Positions 10,837 to 20,463 of a DNA stretch of 64,000 nt are shown here, piece by piece. The stretch is from contig CBDBGH010000003.1 in assembly GCA_965205265.1 (NCBI GenBank), positions 2,656,001 to 2,720,000 on the forward strand, read 5' to 3'. This DNA is from Alphaproteobacteria bacterium (GTDB lineage Bacteria; Pseudomonadota; Alphaproteobacteria; Bin95). A program made the translations under genes and the position numbers. The notes beneath the pieces were generated by a model. That model did no database searches. It was not told the DNA's origin and saw only the letters and a list, made by a program, of their open reading frames with translations. Position 1 is the stretch's first letter. Each line of letters begins with the position of its first letter.

Positions 10837-11208
10837 TTAGTCGCGACCGGGGTAAAGGACGTATTCGCGCTTGCCGAGGAACAGCCGCTCCACCTTCACC
10901 CGCCTGTCCGCCATATCGGCGGCCGGCTCGCCGATCACCCGGATTTCGACCCCTTCGGCCAGGTCGCCCTCCTTGAGGCCGGCGCGTTCGTTGCGCCAGG
11001 GCTGGCCGACCTCGGCCGTCCACTCCTCGCCCTCCACATCGACCTTTAGAATGCCGTGGGGATTGCCCAGGCGGACGGTCCTGACGATGCCGGTCAGGTC
11101 GATATTGCCGCCGGTCGTCCACGACCAGCCGTGATGGGCCAGAGCCCCGACCGCCGGAGCCGTGAGCCCCAGGGCCAGGATCGCGATGAACAGGAGCCTC
11201 GCCATCAT
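10837..11208 (-). CDS. DUF6152-like secreted protein
   Basis: Signal peptide followed by AHHGWS, then NPHG and W.AE. Confidence 0.8.
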   Translation of the reverse strand: MMARLLFIAILALGLTAPAVGALAHHGWSWTTGGNIDLTGIVRTVRLGNPHGILKVDVEGEEWTAEVGQPWRNERAGLKEGDLAEGVEIRVIGEPAADMADRRVKVERLFLGKREYVLYPGRD

Positions 11209-11326
11209 GCTTCTCCGCTGTCTCAAGCACTATCGGGAAAGTTGCGCCGCACGACCGGACATTCAAGCCGGCACACCCCGAAGCCGTATTTTCGCGAGGA
11301 AAGACGCGGCTGAATCCGACGTCCTG

Positions 11327-12214
11327 TCATCCGGCGCCCGCTCGACGTTGTGCGATCCGCTCGCGCCAGAATACGTAGAGCCCCGACGCGACGATCAGGC
11401 CGCCGCCGGCGAGCGTCGCGGCGTCCGGCAGGTCGCGGAAGGCGAACCAGCCGATCAGCAGGGCCCAGAAAATGCGCGAATAGTTGAAGGGCGCGAGCAG
11501 CGATGCCTCGGTGACGGCGAAGGCGTTTATCATCAGGAAATGCGCGCCCGCGCCGATGGCGCCCGACAAGGCCATCCAGGCCCATGTCTCCCAGGCGGGC
11601 CACTGCCAGAAGAACGGCATGGCGAACGTGAGCAACAGCGCGCCGCCGGCCGAGGTGTAGAACAGCGTCGCCAGATGGTCGTCGCGCGCCGTGATGATGC
11701 GCGTGACAAGCTGGAAGCCCGCAAAGAAGACCGCGCCGATGAGCGGCAGCACCGCTGCCCAGTGGACGACGCCGAGGCCCGGGCGGATGACGACCACCAC
11801 GCCCGCCCAGCCGAGCAGCACCGCCGCCCAGCGATGCGGCCCGACCCGCTCTTTCAGCACCGGCCAGGACAACGCGGTCAGGAAGAGCGGCGCGGCGAAG
11901 CTGATGACCGTGGCGTCGGCGAGCTCCAGATATTGCAGGCTGACGAACAGCATGGAGAGCGAGCCCACCAGGCAGCCCGCCCGCAGCAACTGCAAGCCGG
12001 GATTGCGGGTGCGCAGCCAGCGCCGGGGTGGGATGCGGGCGATTATGAAGCCGGTCGCAAGCGTGACGGCGATGAAGGTGAAATAGCCCCAGGCGACTTG
12101 CACGCCGCTCAGGCTGGAGGCCACATGCTTGGCGATGGCATCGACGGCCGTGATGCCGACCATGGCGGCGAGCATGAGCGGGATGCCGAGTGAGGGGCGG
12201 TGGCGGGGCGGCAA
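11327..12214 (-). CDS. DMT/EamA family transporter
   Basis: About 10 TM segments; LKERVGPHRW, GVVVVIRPG, EASLLAPFNY; start approximate (TTG 12214 or ATG 12175). Confidence 0.9.
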   Translation of the reverse strand: MPPRHRPSLGIPLMLAAMVGITAVDAIAKHVASSLSGVQVAWGYFTFIAVTLATGFIIARIPPRRWLRTRNPGLQLLRAGCLVGSLSMLFVSLQYLELADATVISFAAPLFLTALSWPVLKERVGPHRWAAVLLGWAGVVVVIRPGLGVVHWAAVLPLIGAVFFAGFQLVTRIITARDDHLATLFYTSAGGALLLTFAMPFFWQWPAWETWAWMALSGAIGAGAHFLMINAFAVTEASLLAPFNYSRIFWALLIGWFAFRDLPDAATLAGGGLIVASGLYVFWRERIAQRRAGAG

Positions 12215-12319
12215 GCGGGTTCCGTTCGGGCGAAGGGCGACCGCAGTGGAATAGCGGCAATTGCCCCGCCGGGCTATGATGGGCGTCGAATACAGGGGCA
12301 TTTCGGGGAGGAAACCGCG

Positions 12320-13744
12320 ATGGACGGGCTACAGACGGCAGTATCCGAGGGAACGGCAGCTGCCAACCGGCCGATAGCGGCCATGCTGGCGGAGTTCGCC
12401 TGCGGGCTCGACGACCGCGCGGTTCCCGACCGGGTGATGGAACGCGCGCGCCTGCATATCCTCGACTGCATCGGCATCGCGCTCGCCTCGACCGGCTACG
12501 AGTTCGGCCGGCGCACGATAGAGGCCATGCGCGGCCTCGCCGGCGAGGGGCCGTCGCCCGTCATCGGCACGAATATCCGCCTGCCGATGCGCGATGCGGC
12601 GCTGGTCAACGGCACGCTCGTCCACGGCCTCGACTACGATGACACCCATTCCGACGGCGTGGTCCACGCCTCGGCTTCCGCGTTCGTCGCCGCATTGGCG
12701 CAGGGCTTCGCGTCCGGGGCGAGCGGACGGGACCTGCTGGCCGCCTATCTGGTCGGCGTCGAGGCGTCGTCGCGGATCGGACAGGCGGCCCAGGGCGGCT
12801 TCCACCTGCGCGGGCACCATCCGACGGGACTCGTGGGCGCGTTCGGCGCGGCGCTGACGGCCGCCCGGCTCGCCGGCCTCTCGGAGCGCGAGGCGGCGAT
12901 GGCGCAAGGCGTCGCGCTCTCCATGGCTGCCGGCAGCCTGGAGTTCCTCTCCGACGGCGCCTGGACCAAGCGCATCCATCCCGGCTGGGCGGCCGTGGCC
13001 GGCATCACCGCGGCCGCGCTCGCCGGCGGCGGCTTCCAGGGGCCGAGTGCGCCCTATGAGGGCCGCTACGGCCTCTACAACCTGCATCTGGGCGCGGACC
13101 ACGACGCGCGCCTCGACATGGCGACGGCCGCGCTCGGCGAGGTCTGGGAGCTGGAGAACGTGGCCTTCAAGCCCTACCCCGCCTGCCACTTCAACCACGC
13201 CTTCGCCGATGCCGCGCTGGCGCTCCGGCGCGAGCACGGGCTCCGGCCGGAAGACGTGGACAGTATCACCGGCTATCTCGCCGACGCGCAGGCCAATGTC
13301 GTCTGCCGCCCGGAGGCGACCAAGAAGCGCCCGCAGAACAGCTACGACGCCCAGTTCTCGATGCACTACACCATCGCCGCGGCGCTCAAGCACGGCCGCT
13401 TCACGCTCGACGAGATCGACCCGGACGCGATCTCCGACCCCGAGGTGCTGGCGCTGGCGGAGCGGGTGGAGTTCGCCATCGACCCGGACTCGGCTTTCCC
13501 GCGCTACTATTCCGGCGAGATCAGGGTCCGCACCCGCGACGGGCGCGAGCTCCGCCACCGCGAGCCGGTCAACCGCGGCTCCGACGCCAACCCGCTCTCG
13601 GCCGAGGATATCTGCGCCAAGTTCCGCGACAATGCCGCGCGCGCCGTCGCTCCCGAGCGCGTGGAGCGCATCTTCGAGGCCGTCATGACCCTCGACCGCG
13701 CCCCCGACCTCAAGGAGCTCGACGCCGCGCTTTGCGCGGGCTGA
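12320..13744 (+). CDS. MmgE/PrpD family protein
   Basis: AALVNGTLVHGLDYDDTH, KRIHPGWAA, FKPYPACH, AQFSMHY; GGAGG RBS. Confidence 0.92.
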   Translation: MDGLQTAVSEGTAAANRPIAAMLAEFACGLDDRAVPDRVMERARLHILDCIGIALASTGYEFGRRTIEAMRGLAGEGPSPVIGTNIRLPMRDAALVNGTLVHGLDYDDTHSDGVVHASASAFVAALAQGFASGASGRDLLAAYLVGVEASSRIGQAAQGGFHLRGHHPTGLVGAFGAALTAARLAGLSEREAAMAQGVALSMAAGSLEFLSDGAWTKRIHPGWAAVAGITAAALAGGGFQGPSAPYEGRYGLYNLHLGADHDARLDMATAALGEVWELENVAFKPYPACHFNHAFADAALALRREHGLRPEDVDSITGYLADAQANVVCRPEATKKRPQNSYDAQFSMHYTIAAALKHGRFTLDEIDPDAISDPEVLALAERVEFAIDPDSAFPRYYSGEIRVRTRDGRELRHREPVNRGSDANPLSAEDICAKFRDNAARAVAPERVERIFEAVMTLDRAPDLKELDAALCAG

Positions 13745-13780
13745 AGCGCGCCTGCGCCCTCGCGCCGAGCGGAGGACCGG

Positions 13781-16063
13781 ATGCCGTCCCTCTTCTCCTC
13801 CGTCGCCGCCGGGCTGGCCGTGGGCGCGGCGGCGCTCCTGCTTTCGGCTTGTGCGCTGCTCGCGCCCTTGCCGAAGCCGAAGGGCGTCGCCGAGCGCCTG
13901 AAGGCGTTCCCCACGCGCGGGCTGCCGCTAGAGGGACGCGCGACGGTCCGCTGGAACGAACGGCAGGTTCCCTTCATCGAGGCGGAGAGCGACGGCGATG
14001 CGGCGTTTGCGCTCGGCCTCGTGCATGCGCATCTGCGGCTCGGCCAGATGGCGATGGCGCGCATGCTGGCGCGGGGGCGGCTGTCCGAGATGATCGGCCC
14101 GTTCGGCGTCGATTTCGACCGCGGCCTGCGCACCCTCTCCTACGGCCGCGCCGCAGCGGAGATCGAGGGCGCCATGGACGAAGCCGCCCTCATCTGGGTC
14201 CGGCGCTTCGTGGACGGCATAAACCATTACCAGGACAACGCCGCCGAGCTGCCCCACGATTTCGCCATTCTGGGCCTCGAGCCCGAGCCCTGGACCGTCG
14301 CCGACGTCCTGGCCATCGGACGTCTAGGCGGCACCGACGTGAACTGGCTGGTCTGGGCCGATCTGCTGGCGCTCCGCACGCGGCCCGACTGGCCCGAACT
14401 CTGGACGCGCCTCGTGAAGGAGGGGAGCGCGTCGTTCGCCAGTTTCGGCGGGCCCGGCATGACCGCCGCGATGCGGGAATTGCTGGGCGGGCTTCCGAAA
14501 TCGGGCTCCAACAGCGTCGCCGTGGCGGCCAGCCGCAGCGCCACCGGCGGCGCGCTGATCGCCAACGACCCCCATCTCGGCATCTTCATTCCCAATGTCT
14601 GGCTGATCGCCGGCCTGCGCTCGCCCTCCTATCGCGCCGTCGGGCTGATGGCGCCGGGCCTGCCGATCTTCGCCATCGGCCGCAATCCGCACATCGCCTG
14701 GGGCGGCACCAACATGCGCGCGGCCTCCAGCGACCTCTACGATGTCGGGGACATATCCGAGGCCGACATCGCGGAGCGGCGCGAGCGGATCGGCGTGCGC
14801 TGGTGGTTCGACGCGGAGGCGACCGTCCGCGAGACCGCCTGGGGCCCGGTCGTGACCGACACGCCGCTGCTAGCGAAGTTCGACCTGCCGGCGCTTGCGC
14901 TGAAATGGACGGGGCATGCTGCGAGCGACGAGATCGGCGCCATGCTCAGGGTCAGCCGGGCAGAGAGCTTTCCGGCGTTCCGCGCCGCCTTCAATCGCTT
15001 CGCCGTGCCGGGGCAGAACATGCTCTATGCGGACAGGGAGGGGAATATCGGCCAGGTCATGGCGGTATGGCTGCCCACGCGCCAAGGCGCGCCCGACGAC
15101 ATTGTCCTCGACAGGGCCGCGCACGACGCCTCCTGGGGCGCGATGCGCACCGGGGCGGACCTGCCCTGGAGCTTCAACCCGGAGCCCGGCTTCCTGGTCT
15201 CGGCCAACAACCGCCCCTCGGAGACGGACATCCCCGTCGGGTTCTTCTTCTCGCCCGACGACCGCGTCAAGCGCATGACCCGGCTGATCGGGGGCGGGGC
15301 GGAGGTGGGCGTCGAGACCCTCAAGGCGCTGCAACGGGACGTGTACATGCCGTCCTCGGTCGAACTGCGCGACCTCTTCCTTTCCGGGCTGGACGGGCTG
15401 GGGCTGGCCGCGGCGGCGGACGCCAAAGCCGCGGCCGCGATCGCCCGGCTGCGCGAGTGGGACGGCGCATACCGGCGGGAGTCCCTGGGCGCGGTCGCGT
15501 TCGAGCAGTTCCGCCACGGCTTCGTGCGGCGCTTCTACGTCCTGCGCTACGGCGAAACCGACGGCGCGGCGTTCGCGAAGCTGCGCCGGGGCGCGGCGCT
15601 GCTGGCCGACGATATCGCGGACGCGGACGAGGCGACCCTGCGCGCGGCGCTCGCCGCCGGCCTCAGCGCCGCCGCGGACGGCCTCGACGCCTTCTCCGGC
15701 TGGGGAGACATGCACCGCCTCCGCCTCGCTCATCCGCTCTCCCGCGTGCCGCTCATCGGCGGCAGGTACCGTTTCGTCGAAGAGGGCGTCGCCGGAAGCT
15801 CGGAAACGGTGATGAAGACGGCGCATAACGCCACGGCCGAGCGCCATACCGTCACTTACGGGTCCAACGCACGCCACATTTCGGACCTGTCCGACCCGGA
15901 CGAGAATTACTTCGTCCTGCTCGGCGGGCAGGACGGCTGGTTCAACAGCACGACCATGCTCGACCAGTGGGAGCTGTGGCGCCGGGGCGAGTATATTCGC
16001 ATGCCGCTGACGCCATCCGCGGTGCGCGCGGAATTCCCGCATGTGCTGACCTTGGAGAACTGA
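13781..16063 (+). CDS. Penicillin acylase/Ntn-hydrolase family lipoprotein
   Basis: Lipobox LLLSAC; GSNSVAV beta-chain Ser; ANDPHL, QNMLYADREGNIG, SANN, GGQDG. Confidence 0.92.
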   Translation: MPSLFSSVAAGLAVGAAALLLSACALLAPLPKPKGVAERLKAFPTRGLPLEGRATVRWNERQVPFIEAESDGDAAFALGLVHAHLRLGQMAMARMLARGRLSEMIGPFGVDFDRGLRTLSYGRAAAEIEGAMDEAALIWVRRFVDGINHYQDNAAELPHDFAILGLEPEPWTVADVLAIGRLGGTDVNWLVWADLLALRTRPDWPELWTRLVKEGSASFASFGGPGMTAAMRELLGGLPKSGSNSVAVAASRSATGGALIANDPHLGIFIPNVWLIAGLRSPSYRAVGLMAPGLPIFAIGRNPHIAWGGTNMRAASSDLYDVGDISEADIAERRERIGVRWWFDAEATVRETAWGPVVTDTPLLAKFDLPALALKWTGHAASDEIGAMLRVSRAESFPAFRAAFNRFAVPGQNMLYADREGNIGQVMAVWLPTRQGAPDDIVLDRAAHDASWGAMRTGADLPWSFNPEPGFLVSANNRPSETDIPVGFFFSPDDRVKRMTRLIGGGAEVGVETLKALQRDVYMPSSVELRDLFLSGLDGLGLAAAADAKAAAAIARLREWDGAYRRESLGAVAFEQFRHGFVRRFYVLRYGETDGAAFAKLRRGAALLADDIADADEATLRAALAAGLSAAADGLDAFSGWGDMHRLRLAHPLSRVPLIGGRYRFVEEGVAGSSETVMKTAHNATAERHTVTYGSNARHISDLSDPDENYFVLLGGQDGWFNSTTMLDQWELWRRGEYIRMPLTPSAVRAEFPHVLTLEN

Positions 16064-16078
16064 CGCCGGCAACCGACC

Positions 16079-17638
16079 ATGCACGACGCGACCTGGCTTC
16101 TCCGGCTCTATGCCCGCCACCGGCTTCGGCGTCTGGCGCATATGGACCCGAAGCAGGCGCAGCGCCGCGTCCTCACGTCCCTCATCCGGCGGGCGCGCGG
16201 CACGCAATTCGGTCGCGACCACGAATTCTCCCACTCCTGGTCCCTCGACGACTACCGTTCGCGCGTCCCGCTCAGGGACTACGACGCCTTCTGGGAAGCC
16301 TATTGGCGCAAGCCCTTCCCCCGCCTGACGGATTGCACCTGGCCGGGGCCGATCCCCTGGTTCGCGGTCTCGTCCGGCACGACCACCGGCACGACGAAAT
16401 ACATCCCCGTCAGCCGCGAGATGCGCCGGTCCAATGTGCGTGCGGGCGCGGAACTGATGGTCCACCATCTCGCCAACCGGCCGGAAAGCCGGCTGCTGGC
16501 GGGCCGCGTCTTCATGCTGGGCGGCTCGACCGGGCTGGTCCGCCAGGCGTCGGGTGTCTTCAGCGGAGACCTGAGCGGCATCGCGGCGGCGGAAATGCCA
16601 GGCTGGGCGCGGCTGCGCTACTTCCCGCCGCGCGAGCTGGAGACCATCGCCGACTGGGAGGAGAAGATCGACCGCTTCGCGGCGCGCTCCCTCGACGAAG
16701 AGATTTCGGCCGTGGCCGGCACGCCGAGCTGGCTGCTGATCTTCTTCGAGCGCCTGGCCGGGGTCGCCGGCAGCGGGCCCGGCCGCGTCGCCGACATCTG
16801 GCCCGGGCTCGAAATGCTGAGCCATGGCGGCGTCGCCTGGGCGCCCTACCGCGACCGCTTCGCCGCGCTGCTCGAAGGCAGCGGCGCCGAGACGCGCGAG
16901 GTCTATCCGGCGAGCGAGGGCTTCTTCGCCATCGCCGACCGCGGCGACGGCGACGGCCTCCGGCTGCAGCTCGATACCGGCATCTTCTACGAGTTCGTTC
17001 CTCTCGACGACCTCGACAGCCCGCAGCCGGACTGCCGCTGGGTCGGCGACGCGGAGCCCGGCGTCAACTACGCGCTCGCCGTCACCACCTGCGCCGGCCT
17101 CTGGCGCTACCTCGTCGGCGACACGGTGACCCTGGTCGAGCGCGACCCGCCGCGCGTCCTCGTCACCGGGCGGACGAGCTACATGCTGTCCGCCTTCGGC
17201 GAGCATGTGATCGGCGCCGAGGTCGAGCGCGCCGTGGCGGAAGCGGCAAGGGCCATCGGCGCGACGGTCACCGACTTCTCCGCCGGAAGCCTGTTCCCGG
17301 AGGAGGCCGGCCGGCGCGGCGGGCATCTCTACATCGTCGAGTTCGGCGCGGAACCGGGCGTGGGAGGCATCGACGCCAGGCGACAGGCGCGCTTCGCCGA
17401 GGTGCTGGACGCGGCGCTCTGCCGCCTCAACGACGACTACGACGCCCACCGCGCGGGCGGCTACGGCCTCGACGCCGCGCGCGTCTGCCTCATGCCTCCC
17501 GGCGGCTTCGCGGCATGGATGAAGAGCCGCGGCAAGCTCGGCGGCCAGAACAAGGTCCCCCGTATCCTCAACGACCGCGAGCTCTTCGCCGCATTGCAGT
17601 CCTTCGCCGATGCGTATGGAGAGGCGCCGCCAAATTGA
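16079..17638 (+). CDS. GH3-family acyl-acid amido synthetase
   Basis: FAVSSGTTTGTTKYIP, YPASEGFF, GLWRYLVGDTV, TGRT, GGQNKVPR. Confidence 0.92.
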   Translation: MHDATWLLRLYARHRLRRLAHMDPKQAQRRVLTSLIRRARGTQFGRDHEFSHSWSLDDYRSRVPLRDYDAFWEAYWRKPFPRLTDCTWPGPIPWFAVSSGTTTGTTKYIPVSREMRRSNVRAGAELMVHHLANRPESRLLAGRVFMLGGSTGLVRQASGVFSGDLSGIAAAEMPGWARLRYFPPRELETIADWEEKIDRFAARSLDEEISAVAGTPSWLLIFFERLAGVAGSGPGRVADIWPGLEMLSHGGVAWAPYRDRFAALLEGSGAETREVYPASEGFFAIADRGDGDGLRLQLDTGIFYEFVPLDDLDSPQPDCRWVGDAEPGVNYALAVTTCAGLWRYLVGDTVTLVERDPPRVLVTGRTSYMLSAFGEHVIGAEVERAVAEAARAIGATVTDFSAGSLFPEEAGRRGGHLYIVEFGAEPGVGGIDARRQARFAEVLDAALCRLNDDYDAHRAGGYGLDAARVCLMPPGGFAAWMKSRGKLGGQNKVPRILNDRELFAALQSFADAYGEAPPN

Positions 17639-17689
17639 CGCGCTCCCCGTCCGCCGCCAGAATAGCGGGGGCGGCGGGGAGAGCAGTCG

Positions 17690-18058
17690 ATGGAGACGGT
17701 GAGGGTCGGGTCGGTCGAAGAGTTCGCGCCGCTGCCCGCAAGGAAGGTGGTCGAGATCGGCGGCGAGGAGGTCGGCGTCTTCCGCCTCGAGGACGGCTTC
17801 TACGCCTGGCGCAACAACTGCCCGCACCAGGGCGGCCCTGTGTGCCAGGGCCGCATCTACAACCGGGTGCTGGAGACGCTGGACGCCGGGCGCCGCTCGC
17901 TCGGGCGGCGCTATGACGAGGAGCGGGTCAATATCGTCTGCCCTTGGCACGGGCTCGAATACGACATCCGCACCGGCCGCCATCCCGGCAATGATGGCAT
18001 GGCACTGGAGCCCGTCGCCGTGCAGGTGCAGAACGGAGAGGTCTATGTCTCCCTCTGA
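17690..18058 (+). CDS. Rieske (2Fe-2S) ferredoxin
   Basis: CPHQGGP...CPWHG. Confidence 0.93.
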   Translation: METVRVGSVEEFAPLPARKVVEIGGEEVGVFRLEDGFYAWRNNCPHQGGPVCQGRIYNRVLETLDAGRRSLGRRYDEERVNIVCPWHGLEYDIRTGRHPGNDGMALEPVAVQVQNGEVYVSL

Positions 18059-18422
18059 CCTGAGGGGCCATAACGACGCCTATGCCGGCTTCGACGAGGA
18101 CGCGCGCCGCCTCTGGACGCGCGCCGCCGAGGCGGTGGAGCGCGGCGAGGCGGACCGCATTCCCGACAGTGCGGTCGCCGACCTGATGACCGCCGCCGTC
18201 AAGCTCTACGCCGCCAAGGCGGACGGCGAGAACCGCACCTTCCGCCCGCTGCACGGCCGCTATGACGAGGTGGTGACGCCGACCGAGGCGCTCACCGCCG
18301 TCACCGAATTGCTGCGGGCGCTCCGCCTCGGGCCGATGGAATTCGGCCTCTGGTCGCGCCGCCGCCCGGAGGACTATCATTTGAGCGAGGCCGCGCCGGC
18401 GGCCGCCGACAAGGAGGCCTGA
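18045..18422 (+). CDS. Small hypothetical protein between the Rieske and amidohydrolase genes
   Basis: GGAGAGG RBS, overlaps the Rieske stop; LMTAAVKLYAAK...VTPTEAL. Confidence 0.75.
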   Translation: MSPSDLRGHNDAYAGFDEDARRLWTRAAEAVERGEADRIPDSAVADLMTAAVKLYAAKADGENRTFRPLHGRYDEVVTPTEALTAVTELLRALRLGPMEFGLWSRRRPEDYHLSEAAPAAADKEA

Positions 18423-18426
18423 ACCC

Positions 18427-19662
18427 ATGGATGCCGCGATCCGGACCGCCAGCGCGATGCCCGTGCAGGAAATGGGCACCGAAACCGACACGCGCGACTA
18501 TCTGGCCCATGCCCGCGCCCATGCGCGCAAGGCCGGCTATGCCGACTGGACCATCGTCGATATCGACGCCCACCATGTCGAGACCGTCCACTGGCACGAG
18601 ATCATCGACTATATCGAGGATCCGGTGCTGCGCCACCAGGCGACGATGTACCAGAAGGAGCGCATCGGCGCGCCGCCCTACGGGCTCAACGGCGATCTCG
18701 GCCTGCGCTACCAGGATGTCGGCGGGCGCATCCCGCACCAGTCCTCGCGGCGCGAGAAGGTGGACGAGCCGGGCGTGCATCTCGACGTGGCGCTGACGCG
18801 CCGGGCGATGGACGCGCTCTGCGTCGATTACATGGTGCTGTTCCCGACGCCGATGCTGTTCATCGGCATGCATCCGCAGGTGGAGATGGAGGCGGTGCTG
18901 TCGCACGCCTACAACCGCTGGCTGGCGGAGAACGTGCTTTCGGCCGAGGACGGCATCCTGTCGCTCGCCGTGCTGCCCTTCAACTCGCCGGACGCCGCCT
19001 GCCGCACGGTCGAGGAGTTCGGCGCCAACCCGAATGTGATCGGCTTCACCGTCACCTCGACCCGTTACAAGCCGGTCCATTCCAACGAGTATATGCGCCT
19101 CTACCGCATGATCGAGGAGACCGGAAAGCCCATCGCCTTCCATGCCGGCTACCACTGGCAGGACCCCTCGCTCGCCACCTGCAACAGCTTCCTCGGCATG
19201 CATGCGCTGGGCTTTGTGTGGTGCAATCTCGTCCACATGACCAACTGGGTGCTGAACGGCATTCCGGAGCGGTTCCCGAAGCTGAACAGCCTCTGGGTCG
19301 AGAGCGGGCTGTCCTGGGTCCCGTTCCTGATGCAGCGGCTCGACGACCAGTATCTGATGCGCCAGAGCGAGGCGCCGCTGCTGACGAAGATGCCGTCGGA
19401 CTACATGCGCGAGAGCTGCTTCTACACCTGCCAGCCGCTGGAGAAGAGCAGCGAGGTCGGTCTGAAGGCAACCCTGGAGATGATCAACGCCGAAACGCAG
19501 CTCCTCTACGCCTCGGACTGGCCGCATTTCGACTTCGACGCCCCGCGCGCGATCTACGACATCCCGTTCCTCACCGAAGACCAGAAGCGCAACATCCTCG
19601 GCCGCAACGCCGCCCGCCTGTTCAACCTGCCGAGCAAGGCGGGAGCGCGGAAGGCGGTGTAG
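18427..19662 (+). CDS. Amidohydrolase_2 family protein; candidate dinuclear oxygenase
   Basis: DIDAHH, AYNRWL, FHAG, ERFPKL..VESG, ASDWPHFDFD. Confidence 0.88.
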   Translation: MDAAIRTASAMPVQEMGTETDTRDYLAHARAHARKAGYADWTIVDIDAHHVETVHWHEIIDYIEDPVLRHQATMYQKERIGAPPYGLNGDLGLRYQDVGGRIPHQSSRREKVDEPGVHLDVALTRRAMDALCVDYMVLFPTPMLFIGMHPQVEMEAVLSHAYNRWLAENVLSAEDGILSLAVLPFNSPDAACRTVEEFGANPNVIGFTVTSTRYKPVHSNEYMRLYRMIEETGKPIAFHAGYHWQDPSLATCNSFLGMHALGFVWCNLVHMTNWVLNGIPERFPKLNSLWVESGLSWVPFLMQRLDDQYLMRQSEAPLLTKMPSDYMRESCFYTCQPLEKSSEVGLKATLEMINAETQLLYASDWPHFDFDAPRAIYDIPFLTEDQKRNILGRNAARLFNLPSKAGARKAV

Positions 19663-19920
19663 TTCAAAAGGGACCGCACCTTCCGACCTGACCGGGAAGC
19701 TTGCGCCTTTTTGCGCCGGGCCCTCTCGTCGTCATGCCCGGAGGGACCGTGCTGCGCAGGGTGTTCGGTTGGAGCGTCGCAGCCATCGGGGGGCTCGCAG
19801 CCGCAGCGGCCCTCTCCTGCCTGCTTGAAATACCGCTGTTGAGCCGGGGCGCCTGCCTGTCGGTCGGGCTTCTCATCGGCGCCTGGATCGGCTGAAGGCC
19901 GTCCGGGGAGGCGGGAGGGC

Positions 19921-20295
19921 TTACCGGCCCCTGCCCGCGGCCGTCGGCATGACCGCTCGTTCGATCAGGGCTTCGGCGAACTTTGCCGCCTCTTCGGGTT
20001 TCATCCTGTAGCAGTGGTCCTCGTCCGGGAACACTCCGGCGCGCACCTTTTCGGCATATTCGTCGAAGGCTTCGGTCGCGATTTCTCTGATATTGCCGTA
20101 GCGTTTGGCGAACTTCGGCTTGAACGTGTCGAAGGCGTCGATCAGGTCGTAGCCGGCGAGCGACTGGCAGGTGCCCGGCGAGCCGGCGCCGATCGAGAAA
20201 GTAAAGATGCTCACTGCCTCATCGACCGCCCTGCCGATCCCGTAGGGCACCGCCTCGATCTCGAGGCCGACGGCGCCGGCTTCGAGATACGGGAC
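19921..20295 (-). pseudogene. panB: C-terminal fragment of a PanB-like ketopantoate hydroxymethyltransferase
   Basis: LEAGAVGLEIEAVP...IGAG...KPKFAKRY...VRAGVFP matches the PanB C-terminus; the N-terminal LVGDS/DMPF region is absent; 5' boundary approximate. Confidence 0.75.
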
Positions 20296-20379
20296 TATCG
20301 AGACCCGGTACAGTCCGGCTGCGACAGACAGAGGGCGAGCCGGACGTCCCGGCATCGGCATACTCCGGGAACGGCACTA

Positions 20380-20393
20380 TTGACCTCGGTCAA
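20380..20393 (+). promoter_or_regulatory. FNR/FnrP/DNR-type binding box of the nar operon promoter
   Basis: TTGAC-CTCG-GTCAA palindrome (consensus TTGAT-N4-ATCAA), with a candidate -10 TATTCT at 20416-20421 in class II spacing. Confidence 0.75.
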
Positions 20394-20414
20394 CGCCTGT
20401 ATCGGCCTTGCCTG

Positions 20415-20463
20415 ATATTCTTGCGGAAAGGGCCGAATACGCCGGTGTGAATTCGGGAGGCCT
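20415..20463 (+). repeat. Left copy of the 49-bp target-site duplication of IS1634
   Basis: ATATTCTTGCGGAAAGGGCCGAATACGCCGGTGTGAATTCGGGAGGCCT, identical to 22380-22428. Confidence 0.95.

Noticed and set aside
296-17983. Many long alternative-frame ORFs (e.g. 296..2626 +, 2538..4676 +, 14870..17983 -; also 25370..29023 - and 57918..60281 +)
   Set aside because: Antisense or shifted shadows of recognised genes; Arg/Ala/Pro-rich, motif-free and expected at high GC
19701-19895. Small hydrophobic 64-aa ORF
   Set aside because: No RBS or recognisable motif; cannot be supported
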